Assembly: GCF_009914755.1 (NCBI RefSeq) | Contig: NC_060933.1 | DNA: 64,000 bases | From: the human T2T-CHM13v2.0 reference genome, Homo sapiens | Strand: one strand, 5' to 3' | In this document: piece after piece, positions 41,801 to 59,420 of the stretch | Layout: the number at the start of each line of letters is the position of its first letter | How positions within the stretch are numbered: the stretch's first letter is position 1 | Notes under the pieces: generated by a model | The model's database searches: none | Told to the model about the DNA's origin: nothing | The model's input: the letters and a program-made list of their open reading frames with translations, nothing else | Program-made: the position numbers and the translations under genes

Positions 41801-42156
41801 GGCGAAGGCTTTGTGAAGACAGGGTTCTCAGTTTGCATCTGTTATAACAAAACTATCACAAAAGATTTCAAAAACTGCAACCTTTCTCAAATCCCATCAC
41901 AAACTTATGCACGAAAAAAGTCTCCTGCAAGGACATTTTCCCAACAACTGCATGTCCAATCTTGGATTCGTATTATCCTCATTATTTTTCCTTGTAGCCT
42001 AGGGTAATTATCTCAAAACAATTATGTAATCCTCCTAATTTTTTTCTTTAAATCCTTTTCTTCTTTTACCTCCTGAATACGTAGGTAGTTTACTATAGCA
42101 CCTGCAATCGGATTGCAATGTCCTGTTCTGGAATTAAAATCATTTCCTTTTAGAGA
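41801..42156 (+). mobile_element. MER65-like ERV1 LTR lacking both termini
   Basis: AACTATCACAAAAGA, CTGCAAGGACAT, CAAAACAATTATGTAATCCTCC, CATTTCCTTTTAGAGAG. Confidence 0.7.
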
Positions 42157-42271
42157 GTAAACCCACAACCTTCCAGCGTGGGCATCATGGCCATCATGAA
42201 CATGTCACAGTGCTGCAGAGATTTTGTTTATGGCCAGTTTATGGCTAGATTCTGGGGGGCTGCTCCCAACA
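42157..42271 (-). mobile_element. MER9 (HERV-K9/HML-3) LTR, first ~115 bp only
   Basis: Reverse complement TGTTGGGAGCAGCCCCCCAGAATCTAGCCATAAACTGGCCATAAACAAAATCTCTGCAGCACTGTGACATG. Confidence 0.85.
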
Positions 42272-45747
<3,476 letters not shown>

Positions 45748-46393
45748 TTAGAAGCCTCACAATAACAACACCAAAAGCCCAGGACCAGATTGATTCACAG
45801 AAGAATTCTACCAGACATTCCAAAAACACTTACCAATCTTATTGAAACTGTTCTGAATATCCAGAAGGAGGGAATATACTCTGACTCATTCTACAAGCCA
45901 ATGTTATCCTGATCCCAAAGCCAGAAAAGTACACACAAAAAAGAAAACTACAGACCAATATCCCTGGCGAACATTGATGCAAAAAAAATCCTCGACAAAG
46001 TACTTGCAAATTGAATTCTACAGCACATTAAAAAGATTATCCACCACGATCAAGTAGGATGACAAAGATCCCAAAAGCAAATGCAACAAAAAGAAAAATA
46101 AATACATAATACTTCATTACACTAAAAAGGCCCCACACAGCAAAAGAAATAATCAACAGTCAACTTACAGAATTGGAGAAAATATTTACAAACTATAAAT
46201 ATAATAAAGGACTAACATGCAGAATCTACAGGGAACTCGAATCAGCAAGAAAAAAACGAAAAATCCCGTTAAAATATGGGCAAACAACATGAATAGATAT
46301 TTCTCGAAAGAAGATATACAAATGGCCAACAAACATTTAAAAAAATTTCAACATCACTACCCATCAGGAAAATGCAAATTAAAACCATAATGG

Positions 46394-47910
46394 TGTCACA
46401 GAATCCTTAGAATGTCACTCTTCCAGCTGTAATCCTCTGTGGCCAGTGGAGCTATTGCCCGAGTTTTGCTTGGGGCTTCTGGGCTCTTTCTGCCCACTCG
46501 GCCCGGCAGGCTGTGCTCAGTTCGCTCTACTGGCCTGGATCCCACGTCTCCCTACGGTGAACAAGGCACGAAACGGCTAGGAGTGTGTGAGCGAGCATGG
46601 GGTCTGGCCACCGCGCACAGCCAGGCATGCTGACTGCGGTGGGCCAGACAGCTCCAGGTGCAGGCCCAGGAACAGGCTCCCTGCAAGGCTGTGGCTGGAC
46701 CAGGCATAATACAAACGGCTTCCACTGCAGGCACCGAGGAAGACGGTGGTGCCTGGAAGCTTTGGGATGCCAGGAAACACAGAGCCACAAAGAAGGTGTC
46801 ACAACCCTGGCTAGGGGAGCTTCTAGGTCTGGGTTCCCCAAAGGGTTGCAGCTCTTTTCTCATCTGTTCCCTCCTTCTCATCACCTGGAAAATAGCAAGA
46901 GAGCATGGGCGGTGGGGGAGGGGAGGGAGGAGTGAGCGTTTCAGTCCTATTTGCGTTACAGCTCTTTCAGTCCTACCATTCAGTGGGTCCCGAGTTGTTG
47001 TTCTGCGTCCAGGAAGAATGAGGTATGCAGACAACTGGAGGATTAACAAGGTGGAGAGGAGCTTCATGGAGTGACAGAACAGCTCTGAGGAGACCTGAAG
47101 TGGGTAGCTCTTTTCCATTGACAGGTTGTCCCAACGTTGAGGAGACCCAAAGTGGATAGCTCCTTCCCGCACAACTGGTAGTTCCAACGTCTGTGTGAGT
47201 TTGGGTGTGTCTGGGGATTTTATGGCCTTAGAAGGGCGGAAGTACTTGCTGATTGGTCCATGAGTGGCCACGTGCGGCCAGGAAAAAGCACCATAAATTC
47301 TCATTCCAGGCTACGAACTCAATCCTGAATTGGCAGCCGGGCTCCTAGGATTCAGGCAGTCCCTGGCTTGAAAGTGGAGTTTCACTGGGGACCTGCCCCT
47401 CTCTGCTCAGAAACGTGTCTGTCTCCTGCCATCAACATGCTGTCCATGGCACCCAGGCTCTTCCTGCTAAAGTGTGCCTGCAGGCCCGGCTGACTGCCCT
47501 CATCACTTCCCCAGCTTCCCTCCCATACTCGTCTGTGCCCAAAGTCTAGAGGGGGCCAAGGTGGTGGTGGGGGCTGACCGAGTCAGTGCTACCTCAAGAG
47601 CGTGCACACCCATCTGAGTTGCCACAATGCCCGGGCTTTTACACATCTTTGCTGTGAAATTGGAGCAGGTGCCAGGAGTGTGGAGAGGCCAGGTTGCTGG
47701 AGCAGGCACTTCTGAGCCTATGGGGGCTGGGGGACTTCCTGGAGCCCCTGAGAAAGCAGGGATGTCTGGGGCTGGAGTCCCTGCTGTTTGACTGCTGCTG
47801 CCCCTGGGAGAGCGGGATTCCTGCCCTGACAACTCGGTAGGGGATGCAGCTCCCGCATGTTTCTGGCTCCTACTGGCTCATGGAGTACACAGACCCCGCT
47901 GTCGCCATCA
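46394..47910 (-). mobile_element. MER52 ERV1 solo LTR (GC-rich)
   Basis: TG...CA termini (TGTCACAGAATCC / GTCGCCATCA); imperfect 4-bp TSD ATGG/ATGA; host L1 contiguous across the site. Confidence 0.88.
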
Positions 47911-48213
47911 ATGAGATACTAGCTTACCCCCTTCAGAATGGCTTATACATTGTTGGTGGGAATGTAAATTAGTAGCTTTATGGAAAACAGTATGAAGATT
48001 TCTCAAAGAACTAATAGTAGATCTAGCATTCGATCCAGTAATTCCACTACTAGGAATTTACCCAAAGGAAAAGAGGTCATTATATCAAAAAGATACCTGA
48101 ACTCATAGACTATTGCAGAACAATTCACAATTACAAAGATATGGAATCAGCCTAAGTGCCCACCAACTGAAAAGTAAAGAAAATATAGTGTGGGAAAAAA
48201 ATATGTCTATGTG

Positions 48214-48214
48214 A

Positions 48215-48250
<36 letters not shown>

Positions 48251-48286
48251 CTGTGTGTGTGTGTATTATATGTGTATGTGTGTGTA
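48214..48286. repeat. (TA)n(TG)n microsatellite inside L1
   Basis: Directly visible. Confidence 0.92.
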
Positions 48287-48816
48287 AACATACACCATGA
48301 AATACTATACACACAGCATAGAATACTATATGCATGCCATGGAATACTACTCAGCCATAAAAATGAAATATGTCTCTTGCAGCCACTTGGATGGAATTGG
48401 AGGCCATTATCCTAAACGATGTAACTCAGTAATGGAAAACCAAACATTTCATCTCTTCATTTAAAAGCAAGAGATAAATTATGGGTATATAAAGGAATAC
48501 ACAGTAGTAAAGTGGACATTAGAGACTCAGAAGGGGAAAGTCGGGAATAGGGGAAAGGGATAAAAAATTACCTATTGAGTACAATGTACATTACTTGGGT
48601 AATGAGGACATTAAAAGCCCAGACTTCACCACTATACAGTTAATCCATGTAACCAAAAACCACTTGTGTCTGGAAAGCTATTAAATTTTTTTTAAAAAAT
48701 TCTCTAAAAGGAAGGGTGGGGGTGGAGAATAGTGAAAATGGTCAGGTATCCAGGAGAAATTTTTACTGCATCATAATGATCTCAAATAAAACAGGTAAAA
48801 GGCCATGATGGTCTTG

Positions 48817-49415
<599 letters not shown>

Positions 49416-49625
49416 GTAAATAGTCCTGCAATAAACATATGAGTGCATGGTATCAGAATTTTAAGGAAATATATATTTGTATTCAACCTCAATATTTTTG
49501 GAAACTTTCAGTGTTTTATTCGGTAAAAGACAAATATCTTCTTCTATCTATATTTTAAAAGAATTTTCCTCCCTTTCTCTTTTTAAAACTATCATTTTAT
49601 CGTAAAATAAAATGGAAAGAGTAAA

Positions 49626-49652
<27 letters not shown>
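49626..49652. repeat. (CA)n microsatellite
   Basis: Directly visible. Confidence 0.95.
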
Positions 49653-49656
<4 letters not shown>

Positions 49657-49890
49657 AAAAAGAAACTGCCTCTCCCTATTTAGTAAAATAGGAACCTAAG
49701 TTTAAAGTGTTGTTACAATCAAGAGTTTGATTGTAAAAAATTACCTCTCATCTCAGAATCTTCATCAATAGATGTGTTCAGAAAGTAATAGAATATCATA
49801 CTTATATTACTATACTATTTATTTATTTATTAGTAATTGAATTCTACTTAACTATCCAGGATTGCATATTTAGCTTAAAGTGAACATTAG

Positions 49891-49926
49891 TTTTTTTGTT
49901 TGTTTGTTTGTTTGTTTGTTTGTTTG
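49891..49926. repeat. (TTTG)n microsatellite
   Basis: Directly visible. Confidence 0.92.
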
Positions 49927-49959
49927 CTTCAGCCATGTTAAAGGCATCTGGAAATTTGA

Positions 49960-50398
<439 letters not shown>

Positions 50399-50531
50399 TA
50401 ATCAAAGAAACGGTTCAAGTCTTACAATTTACTATAGTCATGCATAACTATCTATTGAGCAAATGAGAAACCACCCAGCTGAATTTCAGAAACTCATATT
50501 ATCCAGATATACATTGCTACTTCAACCTTAT

Positions 50532-50800
50532 CCAGGCCAGCTTCATGACCATGTGACATGGGCAATCGCACAGGGTTCTGTGCTCACAAGGGTCCTATAC
50601 TTGGTTTAATGCTCTACTTTCACTATTTTGAAATTCTTAATAATTTAATCTTTGAACTGTATTTTGCCAGTGCAGTCTATTTGGATAATGAAGCAAGAAC
50701 ATGAGTACAAGAGATAAGTGCAAAATGTGTGTCAGTCACATATAAAGTAACTCATATTTCCTTTTTCTTTCAGCCTTTCCATACTCATTAATATAATGAA
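50532..50800 (+). mobile_element. MER45-family hAT-Tip100 fragment
   Basis: GGCCAGCTTCATG...GCAATCGCACAGGG...CTTGGTTTAATGCTCT...TTGAAATTCTTAATAATTT. Confidence 0.75.
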
Positions 50801-51611
50801 GGTAGACTATGAATGTTTAATTGAGCATAAAAGACCCCCAGCATGTGCTTTATATTTAAATGATTCAGGTGTATATGGTTTTTTGACACTTCTATAATTA
50901 CTGAAGTCATTTAGTCAAGAATAATGCATTGTGAAAACTTAAACTGGCATATACATAAAAATTTCAAAAGCAAAGTAAAGAGAGTAGGGATCCATTGTTT
51001 CATACAGCCAATACGCCTACATTATCAGCTAGAAAACAGCACAAATTTTGGTTATGTGGTTCAAATAATAGCTGTTACAATTCTTATGAATCTCACTTGC
51101 TTAGCCACAGAAATAGGTTTAGAGTGGTCTTCTGGCATGAATTAGGCCATTCCTAGTATCCTGGAAACTACTGTTTTAATTATGTCATATCTAAGGGTTT
51201 TTAAAAATATTAATACAGAGATAACCAGACAGCTCCTAGCTGCCAAGTGAAAGAAGCCTATCTAAGAGAAGGAAGTCAATACACCAAGAGAAGATAGGAG
51301 AAATGGAGGAAACCTTGCATGGTAGTGTGCAGTTTCTTTCTACCAGTATTATCTGAAGGCCAGTTCTAATACTCTATTTAGCAAAATAATTCCCTGATAT
51401 TTACTGTTAACTGTAGTTTCTTGATAAGAATTTTCAAACATATAAATGTAGAGTGACTTAATATAGAGAGTACTTTGCATATCACAGGATGAGGTCAAAT
51501 GGAAGTAACCTGAGAAAATTGGGTGAGCAGTAGCTATGAAGTCAGACCAATTTGAATTTATATCTGACTAATTTACTTATAAGCTATTTGAGCTCATTTA
51601 GGCTTATGTCA

Positions 51612-52162
51612 TGTTAGTCAGTCTCCAAGTTGCATCTCCCCTTATTCTCAATGATAATCACCCCATACCACTCACACCCTTATATAGTCTTATCTCAAGT
51701 TGGATATAAAAACTTGTGTGATCATAGAATATTGTAGAATGATGGTGTATGGATTCTAAAACTCCTTCATAAAATACATGTGGTTTCTGCCTTGGTCCCT
51801 CTGACAAACTGACTGTGGGGTAACCTAGTTGTTATAAGGAAATTGAACAGCCCTATAGAGAGGCTCATATAGTGAAGAAATGAGAACATCTGTTGGTGAC
51901 CAGCAGCTGAAGCCTCTGTCAGTAGCCATGAGAGTCAATCATCCAAGAAGTGGATTCTTCAGCCCCAGTCAAGTTTTGAGATGACTAAATTTATGGTTGA
52001 CAACTTGATAACAAACTCCTGACAAATCCTAGAGCCAGAACCACCCAACTAGGCTATTTTTAGCTTCTGACTCAAGGGAACTTTGACATAATATATGCTT
52101 ATTGTCATAAGATGCCACATTTAGGGGTAATTTGTTAGGAAATAATAGGTAACTGGTATACA
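51612..52162 (+). mobile_element. MLT1F-like MaLR solo LTR
   Basis: CAGCCCTATAGAGAGGCTCATATAGTGAAGAAATGAG, CAGCCCCAGTCAAG, GGGGTAATTTGTTA...TAACTGGTATACA. Confidence 0.82.
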
Positions 52163-52964
52163 AATTATTTATAAATACAATAAAAATTACAATATGAGAT
52201 AACTGGAAAGAATAGGGTAATGATTTTAAAGCAACTAGTAGAGTGATTAGAGCAGAAGAGATATGTAATAAAGAGGTACGTTTTTGTGTTACTATAATTA
52301 TTAAATGTATTACTTAATATTATAGTTATAAAATTTTGAAAGGAGTGACCATGTTAAAAAAATCCAACTTAAGATATTGAATAGAAAAAATGATAATTAT
52401 TTTTTGAAACAAATACATCATTTTTTAAAAATTATGGATTTGACAACAGAGTATATGACAGTGTGTTAATTATACTTTTGTTGGCAAAAGGATAAATTTT
52501 GAGAATAACATTTACACTTTCTTCACCCAAGTATTTTATAAGATTTAAACATACTTTATGTCATTTAATAAACCATTTATACAGTACATATTCATTATTT
52601 TAAAACACACAATATACATTTTACGTACAATTAGTATGTAGAATACTACAAAGAATGTCACTCCCACTTCAACAATGAAAAAAATTAGGCAAGCTAACAT
52701 GTTAAATGAACCCTCTTAACTATATTAGAACATAGGAGGAAACAGTATCATGTGAGTCTATAAGAAAAAAGTAGCTAAAATTGTATTAAACTACCAAAGG
52801 CTGAATTTGGGCTAGTGTGCAATAGCTGGAGACCCAGACACATGGGATGTTGACCCTCATTCACAACTCTTCCCTATCAGCCTATGATAGATGCTAATGA
52901 GAAAGACTGGGAACAAGGAAGGCGAGCAGAGGGACCCACCCCATCAGTGCAGGCTGTAGGCAAT

Positions 52965-53315
52965 AAAAGGGAATAAACTAATATGTGCAATAACATGATA
53001 AATCTCAAGTGCATTAAAAAAAGAATAAAAAGGCTAAACTGAAAAGGAAACATAATGTATGTTTTTATTGATATGGCATTCTGGAAATGGCAAAATTATG
53101 AGGATAGTAAATAAGTCCATAATTGCCAGGAGCTTAGGCTGAAGCAGCCAGGATTGATTAATTGGAATGAGGCATAAGTGAAATTTCTAGGGTAAAGAAA
53201 ATATGCCATATCTTGATTAGAGTGGTGGATATTCAACTATACGTTTATTAAAGTTCATAGAAGTGTAAAGCTAAGGGTAAGTTTTAGTGTATGTGATTTG
53301 TAACCAACAGATTTG
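52965..53315 (+). mobile_element. L1MC/ME 3' UTR fragment
   Basis: AACATGATAAATCTCAAGTGCATT, CATTCTGGAAATGGCAAAATTAT, TATCTTGATTAGAGTGGTGG. Confidence 0.7.
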
Positions 53316-55749
53316 ATGATCTTTCTGTAGATACATATATGTCTATATGACACTATCTGTACATCATATATGTATATATGAAGCCATCTGTACATACATG
53401 TATGTATAACAAAAATATACAAGTCTAATAAATATATATAAGTAAAATATGATATAACTTATAAAAATGGAAAAATTTACTCACTATCGACTGCCCTTAA
53501 TCATTGGCATGTAATTAATATATCAACTCATTTATTTATGAAATACATTTCCAGGACAACATTTGAAAGTTATATGTGATGACTCTCTTATATATTTTTA
53601 AAATAATTCTGTCCCTCAAAGATTTAAATGGGAATGACGATTTGCAGTTTTACTTGTTTACATTTATATCTCGATGACTATAATTTAGGATCAAATAGGG
53701 CTCTGTCTTAAATGGGTCTGCAAGTTATTAAGGTATTTTCTCTCAGCATCAAACCTACCCTTCTATCCTCTGGTTGGTGATGCTGGATGTAGAGTCTTCA
53801 AGCCTATTTTTCCTTTACCACTCGATTACTAAGTCAAAAGAGGAGACAGTGAAATTGTAGAGGACCGAGATTTCGTTTCCTGCTTTTGTCGTCATTCCTG
53901 TACCCATGGTTATTTATCCTGGTAAGGATCATTGGTTTTACTACCAACTGCTGGTGTCAGTTTGGAGTTTTGTGACTCCTACAACAATCCTTATGAATTC
54001 TATCAGTTGATTCTCTTTGTAAAAGTTATCACCCATTTACTTCATTTGACTAGATAGTGAAATAGTCTAAATAGAAAAAATAGCTTTCTAGTTGAACAAA
54101 CTTTAGTGTTACAATATAACCATTTATGCAGTATTTAGGAGGTCTCTTTATAATAGCGTGCCCTTTACACTTATATAAAAATTATTTTAGGAATACTGTA
54201 CATATCCTTTTATATTTGTACAATCTCATTTAGGGCACTCTAACTTAGTAAAAAAAAAGTCACTGCAATAGCAATGCCTTTTATTAGTGTGGAATCTCAT
54301 ACTTTCAATATACTGTACTTTTAAGCTTTTAATAGCCTTTCAATTTATTTTTAATTATAATAAAACTTCTTTAGTGTGACAGTGTTTTGAGGATGCACCC
54401 AGTATCACATTATTTATCAAGGGTCAGCAGCTAAATGAGTTGAATGCCAGTCTTATGTGAGATTGTGATCCCCCTTTAATGTTTATGTGATGAAAGTGAG
54501 TGTGGAAAAAGGCATCACTCACCAACTGTACTGTCCATATTTTAGAAGTTGGAAATAAGAATTTGGTCACAAAAAGACAGGTTTACTACTACCATTTATT
54601 AATTACTAGTAGAGAATATAATTTATACTAATTAAATATCAAAATATTTGTAGAAAATCGGAGCATAACATGTTACATTTAATCCCTCAAATATATAAGG
54701 CTATATTTGTATATTGAATGTTAAATAGCAGCAGAAATTGTAACTGATCCCTAGATTCATGTTTATTCTCTTAATGCCTAGGAGTGTATTATATAAGTTC
54801 AAAAAACATGTGGATACCTGAATATCTTTTACCTCAGCATAGGGACATAAATAAGTTATTCAGTCACATTTTGCGCTATGTTGGTGCACTATCGGGTATG
54901 CTAAACAAGGTCAAAGAAAATATAATTCAGCTAAAAATCTTTCTGTAATAATATCAGGAGTAATAACCTCACCTAAATTTACATGGATATGCAAAAAGTA
55001 CCATAACACAAGTATATTTTGCTTTCTCATTTCTAGCTTTTAATTTTAAAAAAGCATAAAATCTGATAGTATAGGTTCCTCTTGCACATATTTTTTATCT
55101 TTGCTAAGTTTAGGATATTTATTCCTACTAGTACATTAATAAAATATAATCATGTGTTTGTGTGGGTTTCAGCCTTATTTGACAGACAAGTTTGCCATTC
55201 TTAGCTTTCTAAGTTTACTTCCCTTCCTATTTTGCTATTACAGTGCAGGTTCACCAAAGCTGCAAGGCAACAAATGTACATATGTGAAGATTGATCCTTA
55301 ATTACTATTTGAAACACAAGGTTCTTAATAGCATCTTCTTTTGAAAAGCAGGCAACATTAAAATACATACATACATGCACCTGTGCAACATCTGTAAGTA
55401 GCCCTAGGTCTCAAAGAGGCTTGCATTAATATTAATCCCAAAGAGTCTCAGAATAGCTATAAAATTTCCATGGATATATTTACATATGGATATATACAGC
55501 TCCCTGTTAAATTCCTCAGAATGTACCTGGTGGCTTATATTGGTACAAGAAAGTCCAAAAATCATGATTTTGCAGTTGTTGATGGTTTAGTTTCCATTGA
55601 ATTTAAAAGATAACTTATACATATTAAATTCTACAGAACAATTATATGAAATATTCATATGATATTAGTGTGGCTACCAAAGCTTTATTTTAGTTACTGT
55701 TACATCCCCATCCTTTAAATTCTGACATTTTTATGGCCATATATTTAAA

Positions 55750-56610
55750 GTTGGTGTGTTAAAAGCAATGTGTGTGTTTGGGGGTACCAATATGTTATCA
55801 ATATTCTTTTTATTTTGTGTATTAGGTCTATTTTTATTTAATGTAAGTTATAATGTGGTTCATTTATATCAGTTTAACTTTCCATTTGAATCACATTATA
55901 TTTTTCTTCATTTTTTGCTTTATTTTTATTAAAAGGATATTTTTTGTTACTCCATTTTGCCCTCTACTAAATTATTAATTTTATATTATTTCATCACTTT
56001 GAGTGGTGATACAAGTAATTATAACAGCACACTTGACCTATTATTAAGATGCATTACAAATTATTTTTACCATTTCCTCAGTAATGCTCAAATATTGCAG
56101 ACTTCCATTCCATTTATTCCTCTCCTAACTTTCCTGGATATTCATATGAATCTCAGTATACCTGTATTCTGAACTACATAAAGCAGTACACTTGAGGTTT
56201 GGTGTAATCAATTATCATTTATGATTAATGGCATATTTATACCTTTGTGGTATTTGTCATTTCCTCCTACATTTCTGTGTTTCTCTCTGATATAATTTGC
56301 TCTTCCCAAATAATTTCTTTTAGCATTTCTCTTAAGTCAAGACTGTTGGTAATAGTCTTTATTTTGTTTGTCTGAAAATGCCTTCATCAGTTCTTTATTT
56401 GGGAGATATATGTTATTCTAGGTTGGCAGGTATTTTCTTTTTAACACTTTAAATAAATGCTTCTATTGACATCTGGCTTTCAATGTTCATTATAAAGTAG
56501 GCTACCAGACTTATCTGAGCTTCTTTAAATGTAATGTGTAATTTTTCTCTGGCTGATTTTAAGATTTCATCTTTTTAATTTTGTTTTAAATGATCTCCCT
56601 GTGGAGTACC
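55750..56610 (-). mobile_element. Old L1ME-like fragment
   Basis: TTTGTTTGTCTGAAAATGCCTT, ATTCTAGGTTGGCAGGTATTTTCTTTT, TCTGGCTGATTTTAAGATTT. Confidence 0.6.
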
Positions 56611-57227
56611 TAGTGAAGTAACATAAGGAAGTCTGCTATCCAGTAGAGCAGGGAAATAGTATTTCCCCCACTGGAAGGGAGAACTAATAATTGGCAGTAA
56701 TAGTACAATCTAAAAGATTCCATGTTCTTTATTGTATTCACTTTCTTCCATTTTGCAACCCAAATTTATTCATTCCCTCACCAAGATGATATATCAAATA
56801 ACCTGTGAAATCTTATCACCAGGCTTAAAGTTCAACATCATATTACAATTCTTTCACATAGCCAACATACGGTGGTGGAACTAACTAAGGCAGGGAAATG
56901 GAAATAACATTCTCATTTGGAAAAGGGAAAATAGGAGGCCAGTGATCTATAATGATGCTTAAACAAACTGGGCAGGTAACCTAGGAATATAGAATGTTCT
57001 TTGATTAGGCTTTGGTAATGCTCCTTAGCAGTGACAACAAAGTTTATTCTTCTAAACGTCTGCTCACTCCTTCTTTTAGGCCATTCCTGCTCCATTTTCT
57101 TCTGTGGCCATATCTGAATAGGACATTGGAGAGAATATCCTCTTTATCAGATGACTACGTTTCTCATTCTTCTTATAGCTTTTATTTTTGTTTTGTTATT
57201 TCCCCTCTTTTTTATCTTTTAAAGGTT

Positions 57228-57427
57228 TCTTTTTTTCCCATAAATTATTGGGATACAGGTGGTATTTGGTTACATAAGTTATTTCTTTAGTGGTGCTTTG
57301 CGAGATTTTAGTGCACTCATCACCTGAGCAGTATACACTGCACTATATTTGTAATTTTAGATCCCTCACCCCTGCCCCCCCATTCTTCCCCCCAAGTCCC
57401 CAAAGTCCATCGCATCATTCTTATGCA
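57228..57427 (-). mobile_element. L1PB-like extreme 3' end
   Basis: TTATTGGGATACAGGTGGTATTTGGTTACATAAG...AAGTCCCCAAAGTCCATCGCATCATTCTTATGC. Confidence 0.85.
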
Positions 57428-58829
57428 ATCTTATCTTACAGCATTTAGAAGGTTAGGCCCACCCATCCTTTTAAGGTTCAGAGTCACAGTTTTTTCTAAT
57501 GCAGGTTTTGGTCTTTTTTAGGAATAAACACTTTCAAAAATTTGGTTGTCTTCTCATCTTTTTCCCATGTGATAATAGCTATGCTCATAATCTTTTTGAG
57601 ACACACCTGTCCCTCTTGATTTGATTTTCAATATATTTAGCTTACAGGATTTCCAAAAGAGAGCTATGGTTCCAGTCCCTTTACCCTGAGATGTACTGCT
57701 AAAATAAAAATATTTGGCGGGCAACATAGTAATTGATTCAGAGATTACAGTAAGGTTATTATTTTTACCTACATTGCTGATTTTGCCATAATCATAAAGT
57801 GGAATTTAATTAGCATTTGTCACAAAAAGCTTCTTTAACTGATAGGAGCTGAGAAATACTCACATCAGTTACAGTACTTGCACAACAGCCTATTGTTTTA
57901 TGAGCTCACTGTTTCTTGCAGAATTTATCCAAGGAAGCCATTAGAGATAAAAATCTAATAGCAGTCAGGTTTAGCATTATTTTAATTTTTTGAAAAATAC
58001 ATTCATTTATAAGCTTTATTTGTTGTATTTCCAGTGATATCATTATATAATGTTATCAAATATGCTATAGCTGCATAACTTGGGTCATTCTTTTTCAAGC
58101 TAAATTGTAAGTCTTATTAAGCTTTCTACCAGAATATAAAGTCACATAATTTAGGTTTTATATTACCAAAACACTCCACTTCTACATATTGCTTTCTATG
58201 TTAGTTTTTGCTAGATTATTCTGTAGTGGCAAAAACTTTCTTCGTGATTACAGGAACGTGTTTATCTCTTACTTATATGTACACGTTATTTTTGAGTTAG
58301 TTGTGGTTTGCTCAATTCAGAGAGTTAAGCTGAAGAGGACAACCCTGTTTGGGACATGCTGTTCTCATCATGGAGAGAAAACAGAGATGGTAGAACCATG
58401 TGATACTCTTGAAGCTTTTCCTCACACAATGCACCAGTCATTTCTGCTCTTGCTGTTTTGGCCAAAAGAAACATGGCCATTTACAAAGAAAAGAAATACA
58501 ATTATCTCCTGGAGAAAAGCAGCAAGTAACTGAAAAATAAACAATCTACCAAAATTGGTAGTATAGATTTTTGCACTACAATTCTGGCTAATGTAGAATT
58601 TATTGGTAAGATACATTTAGATCTTAAACCAATTTCTGCTGGGACACAAGAGACTAAATTTAATCTATGTCAGAGGCCTTATCTAATATAATGAGAGAAT
58701 TCTTCTATATTAATTCACTCAGAAATTATTCATTGCATTCATACGTTTGATAATCAAAATTATTCATACCATGCTTAAGAGTGATTCCAAAGTACAGCAC
58801 CTGGACACTATTCCTCACTCATAAAGCCT

Positions 58830-59135
58830 GCATTTGTTTTCTATTGTTGACATTAAAAACTACCATCAACTTAATCACATGCACAACTTAAATGTATTAT
58901 CCTACACTTCTGGAGATCAGAAGTCTGATACAGATCTCAGTAAGAAATAGATCAACAGGGCTCTATGTCCTTGCAGTTCTAGGGGAGGATATGTTTCCTT
59001 ATACATTTAAGTTGTTGGAAGTATTTACTACCTTCTACTTGTAGCCATTTTCTTGCTGGCTATGATCTTAGGGCCATTCTCTTTTTCTAGACCTACCCAC
59101 AATTCTTGACTCTTGGCATTTTTTCTCCATCATAA
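58830..59135 (-). mobile_element. MLT1C/D-like LTR fragment
   Basis: TTCTGGAGATCAGAAGTCTGA, TTCTAGGGGAGGATATGTTTCCTT. Confidence 0.65.
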
Positions 59136-59179
59136 AATCAAAACAAAACAAAGACTTCAAAGCTGCAAACAGGAAAGAA

Positions 59180-59420
59180 TACAATTTACTGAGCACTCAC
59201 TTTATCTGTGCCAAAGAACTATACCTGACATTCCACATTAACTATTTTTATCTGGTTCTTACTCCAATTTATTGTGACATGCATTTTTTCATTTGCAGAT
59301 GAAAAAAACTGAAACTCAACATGGCTATATGACTTGATCTAGGACTTTTTAGCTTCTAAACAAATGCAATCGCGTTGAGACTCCAGGTCCGATTAACATC
59401 TGTGCTCTTCCCATTTATTA
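59180..59420 (-). mobile_element. MIR
   Basis: ATTTACTGAGCACTCACTTTATCTGTGCCA, CATTTGCAGATGAAAAAAACTGAAACTCA. Confidence 0.7.

Noticed and set aside
46552-47304. 250-aa ORF and overlapping ORFs
   Set aside because: They lie entirely inside the GC-rich MER52 LTR, where stops are scarce; no recognisable domain.
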